This document shows positions 15,890 through 22,298 of a stretch of 60,103 nucleotides of DNA, one piece after another. Within the stretch, counting starts at the first letter, position 1, and each line of letters opens with the position of its first letter. This DNA comes from a virus (Duplodnaviria; Caudoviricetes). Made by a program: the position numbers and the translations under genes. The notes under the pieces are model-generated. The model made no database searches. It saw only the letters and a list, made by a program, of their open reading frames with translations, and was not told where the DNA came from. Where the stretch lies: positions 1 through 60,103 of IMG/VR virus record IMGVR_UViG_3300027573_000033; one strand, 5' to 3'.

Positions 15890-16150
15890 TCAGAGCCAGA
15901 TCCTGTCCCGAGGGGCGCCGCACGCCGGGCATGGGGCGAGGTCCGGCCAGTCGTGGGGGACCTGTTTCCTGCAGTCGTGGCAAGTCAGGTTCGGCGGCCT
16001 GGAGTCGTGCATGACGCCCTCGACCAGAGGGTCGAGCGCCCGGCCCTGGTCTGATAGCGGCCAGGGCGAGGGGGCGAGCCGCGCCCTGAGCGCGGCGATG
16101 TCGGCGGCCATGACCCCGAGGAGCTCGATGATTCGCTCGGTCTCTCTCAT
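15890..16150 (-). CDS. Hypothetical protein with C-terminal zinc ribbon
   Basis: Start MRETERII; CHDC...CPACG. Confidence 0.65.
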   Translation of the reverse strand: MRETERIIELLGVMAADIAALRARLAPSPWPLSDQGRALDPLVEGVMHDSRPPNLTCHDCRKQVPHDWPDLAPCPACGAPRDRIWL

Positions 16151-16599
16151 GACGGCCTCACGATCTCTGTGACATAGTACGCCCCGTCCATCCGGGCGTC
16201 GTTCGCCCAGTCGGTGGCGGCGGACTCCGATTCGAACGGGCCGTACAGGCGCGTGCACCACTCGCCCACACGCTGCTCGTACTCCTGACTGACGATCACG
16301 AAGGCCCGCTCGTCGACGATCTCCGGCTCCCTCGGCGCGAGCTTCTGGGTCACACTACCGAGGGTGTGCACGGCGTCCCGCATGACCCGGAGCGCCCGGT
16401 TCTTGGCCACCCTGACGGCGATCGGGAGCATCTCGTACCGGCTCCGGCCCTCCGCGACGGCGGCGGCCGCGTCCATCAGGTCTTGCCGCCCCTGATCGTG
16501 GAGGTGTGGGTGGAACCAGTTGGGGCGCTCGCGGTCGAGCGCGGCTATCAGGTCGTCGTCCTTACACCTGAGGACGTCGTCGCAGGTTACCGGGTTCAT
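16147..16599 (-). CDS. Hypothetical protein
   Basis: Start MNPVTCDD after AGGAGG; ATGA overlaps. Confidence 0.65.
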   Translation of the reverse strand: MNPVTCDDVLRCKDDDLIAALDRERPNWFHPHLHDQGRQDLMDAAAAVAEGRSRYEMLPIAVRVAKNRALRVMRDAVHTLGSVTQKLAPREPEIVDERAFVIVSQEYEQRVGEWCTRLYGPFESESAATDWANDARMDGAYYVTEIVRPS

Positions 16600-17138
16600 A
16601 CTATCCTCCTGATCCTGGTGTGGCCGGGGCCGCCGGGCGGGAGCCGCTTGAGCGTCCCGTCGGGGCGACAGGCTTCGTAGTACGGGCCGACGTCGGCGCC
16701 GTCGATGCGGGCGAGGCCGAAGCCGGCGAAGGGGGACCCGCCGGAGAGGCGGAGGACGGCGGACACCCTGACCATGACGAGGTGGCCGGACCACTCGGCC
16801 TCCGTGACGTGGTCGGCCTCGGGCACGGCGGAGTTGAGCACCGATGAGCGCCCCGACCACGGGCCGTACACGCGACGGGCCGAGCCGTCGGCGATGGTCA
16901 GGTCGAACGGGGCGCCGCCGAAGCCGTGCTGGTCGCTCGGGTTGTGGACGAGCATCTTGACGAGGTCGCCGTACGCGGCGTGGTACAGCGTGCCGCCCCC
17001 GGAGAGCGGGGCGTACCTCCACGTCAGGTCCTCGGTGCGGGGGACGCCGTCGGCGCCCGTGACGCCGAGGGCGAGGACCGGGCCGTTGCCGTAGCCGGCC
17101 CGCCAGTCGACGTCGATGTACCTGAGTCTGGCTTCCAT
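16596..17138 (-). CDS. Conserved phage hypothetical protein
   Basis: AGGAG RBS; GFGG..F.L...DG....V.GPWS motif. Confidence 0.7.
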   Translation of the reverse strand: MEARLRYIDVDWRAGYGNGPVLALGVTGADGVPRTEDLTWRYAPLSGGGTLYHAAYGDLVKMLVHNPSDQHGFGGAPFDLTIADGSARRVYGPWSGRSSVLNSAVPEADHVTEAEWSGHLVMVRVSAVLRLSGGSPFAGFGLARIDGADVGPYYEACRPDGTLKRLPPGGPGHTRIRRIV

Positions 17139-17182
17139 GCGATGGGCTCCTTGCGCTTATGCGCGACGTTGCGCATATAGTA

Positions 17183-17222
17183 ATTATAACACGCCCGAGC
17201 TCGGAAGTACACGCCCTAATTC
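17183..17222 (-). promoter_or_regulatory. Repeated early promoter-operator
   Basis: GAATTAGGGCG-TGTACT-TCCGAGCTCGGGCGTGT-TATAAT. Confidence 0.8.
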
Positions 17223-17232
17223 GCAGCCTCGA

Positions 17233-17682
17233 TCAGTCCAGCACGATCGCCGGCACCGCGATGCGGACCTCGTCGCCCGCCTCGGCGTGCCACGGTCCGC
17301 CGTCGAGGTCGACGGTTATCAGCGTGCGGTCGTCGCCGTCGGTGACCCGTAGCCGCGGCATCACGTCGCAGGCGTCGTCGACGCGCATGCGGATCGATTC
17401 GGTGAACCTGACGCTGCCGTCGCCCAGCTCCCACAGCTCGGCGGGCAGCGGGAATACGAGCGTCTGCCACGCGCCCCCGGCGACGCGCAGGCGCACCCGC
17501 AGCTGTACGGCGCTGGGCAGCCATGCATTGAGCAGTTCCTCTGGTGATGAGCCTAGCAGGTCGCCGATGAGGGCGTCGTCGGGTGCTGGCGTCCACAGAG
17601 GGGGCCGCTTGCCCAGCGCCGGCAGCGCGGCGATGGCGGCGCCGCTGACGATCAGCTTGAGGAACGTTCTACGGGCGGTCAT
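17233..17682 (-). CDS. Protein with twin-arginine (Tat)-like signal and a fibre-bead-like C-terminal domain
   Basis: GGAG RBS; MTARRTFLKLIVSGAAIAALPALG; C-terminus resembles the 40250-40645 product. Confidence 0.6.
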   Translation of the reverse strand: MTARRTFLKLIVSGAAIAALPALGKRPPLWTPAPDDALIGDLLGSSPEELLNAWLPSAVQLRVRLRVAGGAWQTLVFPLPAELWELGDGSVRFTESIRMRVDDACDVMPRLRVTDGDDRTLITVDLDGGPWHAEAGDEVRIAVPAIVLD

Positions 17683-17837
17683 GGCTTCTCCGGCATGTTG
17701 TCGTCTCCGGTCAGCATGTAGTGGCGCCACTTGCGCGCGTCGGCGAGGACCGACTCAAGATCGGCGGGGTCACACGTCGCCCCGTCGTTTCGCATCCCGT
17801 CGATCATCCGCTGAACCGTCTGCTCGTCATCGTTCAT
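17679..17837 (-). CDS. 52-aa hypothetical protein
   Basis: MNDDEQTVQRMIDGMRNDGATCDPADLESVLADARKWRHYM...; ATGA overlap. Confidence 0.55.
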   Translation of the reverse strand: MNDDEQTVQRMIDGMRNDGATCDPADLESVLADARKWRHYMLTGDDNMPEKP

Positions 17838-17839
17838 GC

Positions 17840-18010
17840 TCACGTCCGCTCCTCCCGCTCGCGCAGGAACGCCTCCTCAAACGGCTCTAGCCGGTCGGGC
17901 TCCCACTCCGGTTCCGGCGCCGGCTTCTTGGCGACCGCCATCATCGCCATGACCAGCATGCCGGCGAACGCGCCTACGAGGAAGGCGATAAAGTGTGATA
18001 CGATGACCAT
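17840..18010 (-). CDS. Small membrane protein
   Basis: FIAFLVGAFAGMLVMAMMAVA TM helix. Confidence 0.6.
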   Translation of the reverse strand: MVIVSHFIAFLVGAFAGMLVMAMMAVAKKPAPEPEWEPDRLEPFEEAFLREREERT

Positions 18011-18197
18011 GGGGCTCGCCAAAAAGGTGGGGGCCCCGGACGACGCTGACCGGCTCGAACGAGGGCACGAGCGGGCGTTGGGCGTGGGGGCCCCCGAAGA
18101 GGGTTAGGCCCCCGACCGTACCGGTCCTGGGTCGGGGGTGACTCGAGAGAGCTTCATACGGGCGGAGTGACCCGCCCGAGTGCCGGGCTGTTTCCCT

Positions 18198-18698
18198 TTA
18201 CGACAGGAGGCTGTCCGCGTCGGCGGGGGTGGCCTCGACCTTCGCCTTGGCCCGACGAGCGGGCTTAGGCGCCTGGGGCGTATCACCGTCGGCCGCCGGC
18301 TCCTTCGGGGCGGACTTGCGCGAGCCCGACCGCTTGGCCAGGAAGGCCTCGGCCTCCTCGGCCGTCGCGGTGTTGAGGCCCTCGACCGCCGTGACCACCT
18401 CGTCGGTGCCGTTCGCGTCGTAGTCCGGCACCTGCTTCAGCCACGCCACGGCGGCGTCCTTCTGCTCCTGGGTCGGGACGAACGCCGCGTCGATGTAGCC
18501 GAAGTTCCGGCCCTTGACGATGTCCGCGACCTTGCCGCCGGTCGTGCCGTAGCGCCGGGCGATCTCGCCCTCCTTGTTGCCCGTCTCCTGGAAGCGGATC
18601 ATGTAGACGAGGGCGTGCGGGATCTGGCCCCGTACGATGTTCGCCAGCGTGCGTTCCGCCTTGACTTCGGTGCTTTCCGTGTTCTCGTTCATGCTCAT
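18198..18698 (-). CDS. HTH-containing protein with Ala/Lys/Pro-rich tail
   Basis: AGGAG RBS; EGEIARRYGTTGGKVADIVKGRNF HTH-like motif. Confidence 0.65.
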   Translation of the reverse strand: MSMNENTESTEVKAERTLANIVRGQIPHALVYMIRFQETGNKEGEIARRYGTTGGKVADIVKGRNFGYIDAAFVPTQEQKDAAVAWLKQVPDYDANGTDEVVTAVEGLNTATAEEAEAFLAKRSGSRKSAPKEPAADGDTPQAPKPARRAKAKVEATPADADSLLS

Positions 18699-18745
18699 CT
18701 CCTGGAAGTGTTGCAATCGCGGATTTAATCGGCTCCGCGCATCAC

Positions 18746-18898
18746 CTAGTCCCAGAAGCGGGACGAGAGCCACAGCCCGGCGACCCTACTGCCTCGCCTG
18801 ACCGCAAACTCATAGACCAGGGCCGCTACGACCCAGAGCGGCGGGAATACTAGGCCCGCCACACAGAGGATCGCAACAATCGCGTGCGCCCGTGTCAC
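18746..18898 (-). CDS. 50-aa membrane protein
   Basis: MTRAHAIVAILCVAGLVFPPLWVVAALVYEFAV...; GTGA overlap. Confidence 0.5.
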   Translation of the reverse strand: MTRAHAIVAILCVAGLVFPPLWVVAALVYEFAVRRGSRVAGLWLSSRFWD

Positions 18899-19011
18899 TT
18901 ACTGTCTCTCTTCATGCCCGCGCCGACCCCGACCAAGAAGGCCGCCACAAATATCAGCGCGTGATACACGATTCCGAACGTCCACAGCGCGATCTTGATC
19001 GCCGCTCTCAT
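18895..19011 (-). CDS. 38-aa membrane protein, probably leaderless
   Basis: MRAAIKIALWTFGIVYHALIFVAAFLVGVGAGMKRDSK; ATG 5 nt after the -10 box. Confidence 0.55.
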   Translation of the reverse strand: MRAAIKIALWTFGIVYHALIFVAAFLVGVGAGMKRDSK

Positions 19012-19016
19012 TGTAT

Positions 19017-19045
19017 ATTCTACACCATCCGAGGTAGGATGTAAA
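19017..19045 (-). promoter_or_regulatory. Repeated promoter-operator variant
   Basis: TTTACA-TCCTACCTCGGATGGTG-TAGAAT. Confidence 0.7.
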
Positions 19046-19067
19046 CTGCTTTGATCCTGATCCATGA

Positions 19068-19277
19068 TCAGGGGGCCTCCCGATTCAGCTTCACCTCGGC
19101 GGCGCGTATGCTGTCCAGCGCGCGCTCGATCCGTGACCCGTAGCCGATGATGCCCTCATACCGGAGCCACGCTTCGAAGCACTGAGAGGCGGACATGTGC
19201 CGGACGACCTCTGGGGACAGCTCTGACTCCGCGAGGTTCATCTGGACGTCGCCACTAAGCTTGCTCGTGTCGATCAT
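19068..19277 (-). CDS. Conserved phage hypothetical protein
   Basis: Start MIDTSKL; F.AWL.YEGIIGY motif. Confidence 0.7.
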   Translation of the reverse strand: MIDTSKLSGDVQMNLAESELSPEVVRHMSASQCFEAWLRYEGIIGYGSRIERALDSIRAAEVKLNREAP

Positions 19278-19534
19278 AGCCCGTCCTTCCTGATGCGGGT
19301 GAACTCGACCGAGCCCGTCCCGCGCTTGTACACGCCGAGGAGCAGCCCGTTGCGAGCGCTGTACACCTCGATGACCTCGCCCGCCTTGCAGTCCCAGTGA
19401 CAGAGGGTCAGGGCCCGGTCGTGGGCGCGTCGGGCGTCGGAGTAGTACCGTCTCGGGATGTTGCGCTTCAGCTTCGGATCCCATAGACGGAACGGCCGCT
19501 CCGAGTAGCGGTTCTTCGGGTGGCGGGCCTTCAT
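19274..19534 (-). CDS. Hypothetical basic protein
   Basis: Start MKARHPKNRY after GGAGG; ATGA overlaps. Confidence 0.65.
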   Translation of the reverse strand: MKARHPKNRYSERPFRLWDPKLKRNIPRRYYSDARRAHDRALTLCHWDCKAGEVIEVYSARNGLLLGVYKRGTGSVEFTRIRKDGL

Positions 19535-19662
19535 CGGGCCCTCCGATTGATCCGCTTGGACGCGCTGGCCATGCGGCGACGGGCGAGGCGCTTGTCGCGC
19601 TCGGCCGGGGACGCGGTGCGCGCCCCGGTCTGGGACCGGTTGCGCGGGGTGTGCTTGTTCAT
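19531..19662 (-). CDS. 43-aa arginine-rich peptide
   Basis: GGAGG RBS; MNKHTPRNRSQTGARTASPAERDKRLARRRMASASKRINRRAR. Confidence 0.65.
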   Translation of the reverse strand: MNKHTPRNRSQTGARTASPAERDKRLARRRMASASKRINRRAR

Positions 19663-19708
19663 GTGACCTCCGATAGTTCGGGTCGGCGCGAGATTGCACC
19701 GTATACTG

Positions 19709-19748
19709 ATTATATCACATCCGAGCTCGGGAGTACACACCCAAATTC
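19709..19748 (-). promoter_or_regulatory. Repeated early promoter-operator
   Basis: GAATTTGGGTG-TGTACT-CCCGAGCTCGGATGTGA-TATAAT. Confidence 0.8.
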
Positions 19749-19810
19749 CTGAACCATGACCCGCGCATGTGGCTGTTTAAACAATCGCGCGCGCCCGCGT
19801 GTGCGCGCGT

Positions 19811-19850
19811 ATTATACCGCATCCGAGCTCGGAAGTACACACCCTAATTC
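19811..19850 (-). promoter_or_regulatory. Repeated early promoter-operator
   Basis: GAATTAGGGTG-TGTACT-TCCGAGCTCGGATGCGG-TATAAT. Confidence 0.8.
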
Positions 19851-19870
19851 GCAGCCATGATCGAGGCCAT

Positions 19871-19910
19871 GATTAGGGCTGTTTACAAGTGATAGTCGTC
19901 ATGTTATAAT
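19871..19910 (+). promoter_or_regulatory. Divergent rightward promoter lacking the palindrome
   Basis: GATTAGGGCTG-TTTACA-N17-TATAAT. Confidence 0.75.
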
Positions 19911-19934
19911 AGGAATGTCAGTTGAGGAGGTCAT

Positions 19935-20570
19935 ATGAGACTAGACGTTGGATTGCCCGATGAGGTGTCCGACTCGGAGAGGGTGCGACGGCTCCTGGTC
20001 GGCAGGTTCATGTGTCGCGCCGACGGCGATAACACCATCCAGGTCTCGCCACTGGCCTGGGACTACCTGATCGGCATGGGCCTGCTCGTCGACCCGATCG
20101 GCGGTCGCATGGCGGTGGACCCCGAGTGGGCGTCGTACCGCCGGCTGGATAACTGGGAGTGGCTCATAGCCAGGAACAGGGAACTGTTCTCGGACCGGCT
20201 GGTTGACATGATCAACGACGTGTCGAAGACCGTGGAGGAGTACACCGTCGGCCTGTCGGCGGACGAGTACAGGATCCTCCTGAATTACGGCGGGAGGGAC
20301 GTGTACGATTTTTTTGTGTTCGACCACCGGTTCGGCGCTCCGCCCCGGGGTCGGGAGTATAGGAGCAACCTGCGGAAGCCGTGGCACGAGGGGCCGAGGA
20401 GGGGCCGGCCCGATAACGGCCTGCTCGCCCTTCGCAGGAGGATCGACCGCAGGATGGATCGCGGGGAGGACGTGTCAGACGACCTGGTCGAGCTGCTCCG
20501 GAGGCGGGGCCTGATCGAGCGGGGGCTGGACTGGAGGGATGTTCCGCCCCAGACCGAGACCGATGATTAG
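19935..20570 (+). CDS. Hypothetical protein
   Basis: 211 aa, GAGGAGG RBS, own promoter. Confidence 0.7.
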   Translation: MRLDVGLPDEVSDSERVRRLLVGRFMCRADGDNTIQVSPLAWDYLIGMGLLVDPIGGRMAVDPEWASYRRLDNWEWLIARNRELFSDRLVDMINDVSKTVEEYTVGLSADEYRILLNYGGRDVYDFFVFDHRFGAPPRGREYRSNLRKPWHEGPRRGRPDNGLLALRRRIDRRMDRGEDVSDDLVELLRRRGLIERGLDWRDVPPQTETDD

Positions 20571-20604
20571 GGGCGTGTACTTCCGAGCTCGGATGTAGTA
20601 TAAT
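20565..20604 (+). promoter_or_regulatory. Repeated promoter-operator
   Basis: GATTAGGGGCG-TGTACT-TCCGAGCTCGGATGTAG-TATAAT. Confidence 0.8.
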
Positions 20605-20610
20605 GGTAGA

Positions 20611-20850
20611 GTGATCGATCGACCTAAGGAGAGACTCGTGATCCTGTACCTGACCGGCGCCTACGGGCGAGACTACAACACCCCCGAGGGGGCGAGGGCC
20701 GACTGGCATGCGGGCAAGGATTTCCGCATCACCGGCGGGCCGTACTGCAGCGTGAGGGATAAGGCCCTCCTCTTCGAGAAGGGCTTCGGGGCGATAGTCG
20801 TGCTGAATCGCTCCACCGGCCGGCAGGTGTACGCGGAGACGCTGGCGTGA
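20611..20850 (+). CDS. Conserved phage hypothetical protein
   Basis: AYGRDY......ADW.AGKDF motif. Confidence 0.7.
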   Translation: MIDRPKERLVILYLTGAYGRDYNTPEGARADWHAGKDFRITGGPYCSVRDKALLFEKGFGAIVVLNRSTGRQVYAETLA

Positions 20851-21347
20851 CGGAGCTGCCGCGGATGCTGCAGGCCGACGTGCTGGCCGCGTACCCCGAG
20901 CCGGAGTTCCTCCGGCCGTGGCGGGTGATCGTCACGTGCAAGCTGATGAACCTGTGCACCGCCGACCAGGCGAGGGGCGTGGTCTACAACCTGTTCGGGG
21001 CGTGGGATCACCCCGCTCGACTGGCCTCGGCCGGGGAGGGGCTGGAGGAGCTGCTCCGGCCGCTCGGCATGAAGAGCGTACGGGCCGCCGCCCTGCGCCA
21101 GATGTCCTACGACTTCCAGCGGGGCGTGCCGGCCGAGCGGTGCTTCGGCGTCGGGCAGTACGCCGTCGAGAGCCTGCGGATATTCATCGGCGGGGACCTG
21201 AACTTCGAGCCGGACGACGTCAAGCTCAGGGCCTACGTGCGAGCGGCGAAGGCAGTTAAGAGCGCTGCTCTGCCTACGGAGTGCTGTGGCGGGGATGAGG
21301 ACGACTGCATATGGGGCATAGCCAACTGCCCTAAGGAGAGGTCGTGA
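20847..21347 (+). CDS. MBD4-like HhH-GPD DNA glycosylase
   Basis: PWRVIVTCKLMN, LEELLRPLGM...RA, HhH FGVGQYAVESLRIF and PDDVKL parallel MBD4 PWKLLIATIFLN, SELLKPLGL...RA, HGIGKYGNDSYRIF and PEDHKL (catalytic Asp). Confidence 0.8.
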   Translation: MTELPRMLQADVLAAYPEPEFLRPWRVIVTCKLMNLCTADQARGVVYNLFGAWDHPARLASAGEGLEELLRPLGMKSVRAAALRQMSYDFQRGVPAERCFGVGQYAVESLRIFIGGDLNFEPDDVKLRAYVRAAKAVKSAALPTECCGGDEDDCIWGIANCPKERS

Positions 21348-21733
21348 ACTTCACGATACTGGTCGGTGACGTGGTCACCGTCAGGCCGAATCGAGAGCGG
21401 ACCCGCGGGCTCGTAGGCATCGAGATGATCGTGATCCGGGAGTTCGGGCACGGCATCTTCTGGTGTGAGGGTCCGGATGGTTTCGTGTGGCGCCTTCACA
21501 GCGCCGAGCTGGACCGGGCGCGCCGTCCGTCGGACGAGCGGAGGCGGGCTGAGATAGACGAGCGCCTCCTCGTCGCGGAGAGGCGCCGCCAGGCGGAGCT
21601 CGTCGTGATCGAGAACAACGCCCGGATGTACGCCCGGGTGAGGAGGTACGGTGTCCGACTGACGGCCAAGGGGCTGCCGGACGGGCGTATGAAGTTCGTC
21701 CTACCGCCCAGGATCCGGGCGAAGGGGAGGTGA
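21344..21733 (+). CDS. Hypothetical protein
   Basis: 129 aa, GTGA overlap; SH3/KOW-like N-terminus (VGDVVTV). Confidence 0.6.
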   Translation: MNFTILVGDVVTVRPNRERTRGLVGIEMIVIREFGHGIFWCEGPDGFVWRLHSAELDRARRPSDERRRAEIDERLLVAERRRQAELVVIENNARMYARVRRYGVRLTAKGLPDGRMKFVLPPRIRAKGR

Positions 21734-21734
21734 T

Positions 21735-22004
21735 ATGCTAGATCATAGGCCGAAGTGTCAAGTCGAGGAGTGCATGAGGGAGGCCGCACAGCGTGTGGCG
21801 CTCAAGGTGAAGGCCCTGAACGGCGCTGGGGACATGGTGCTGTTCCTCAAGGTGTACTCGTGCGACAAGCATGCCACGCCGTACACGGCTAAGCGGGTGC
21901 TCGACGACGATCGCACCAGGCGCAGCATACAGGCGACCCTCCTGAGGAGGGGGGTCTCGATGGTATCATGGGAAGAGTCCGAGGCCGGCTGGGCCCGGAT
22001 CTAG
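21735..22004 (+). CDS. Hypothetical zinc-binding protein
   Basis: CQVEEC...CDKH; GGAGG RBS. Confidence 0.6.
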   Translation: MLDHRPKCQVEECMREAAQRVALKVKALNGAGDMVLFLKVYSCDKHATPYTAKRVLDDDRTRRSIQATLLRRGVSMVSWEESEAGWARI

Positions 22005-22013
22005 GGGAGCGCT

Positions 22014-22175
22014 ATGTCGAATATCAAGAAGTACCGGCCGGCCTCGTCACACGATGACGCGTCCAAGTTCCGGCGTCGTATGAAGGCGTACGCTAAGCTC
22101 GAAAAATTGCGGGAGGCCGCGCTTAGGGCCCCAGTCGAGGCGGTGGTCCTGCCCATCAAGGGCCGGAAGCCCTAA
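22014..22175 (+). CDS. 53-aa basic protein
   Basis: GGGAG RBS; MSNIKKYRPASSHDDASKFRRRMKAYAK... Confidence 0.55.
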   Translation: MSNIKKYRPASSHDDASKFRRRMKAYAKLEKLREAALRAPVEAVVLPIKGRKP

Positions 22176-22195
22176 TCAAGGGCCCCTGATCATTC

Positions 22196-22226
22196 TTTAC
22201 ACAAGTAGCAATAACTGTGGTATAAT
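22196..22226 (+). promoter_or_regulatory. Promoter of the replication operon
   Basis: TGG-TATAAT extended -10 at 22221-22226; TTTACA upstream. Confidence 0.55.
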
Positions 22227-22298
22227 AGTACTGTTATCTCCACCGTTCGGGTTTCTCCCGCACGAACCAACAAAATATGCGGTTAATGAGGGGACTGC

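Noticed and set aside
18018-18197. tRNA gene
   Set aside because: No cloverleaf with correctly placed D and T-loop motifs could be built; no tRNA or rRNA was recognised elsewhere.
12385-22200. Lysogeny module (integrase or CI/Cro switch)
   Set aside because: No tyrosine or serine recombinase and no S24-peptidase repressor is recognisable in the window.
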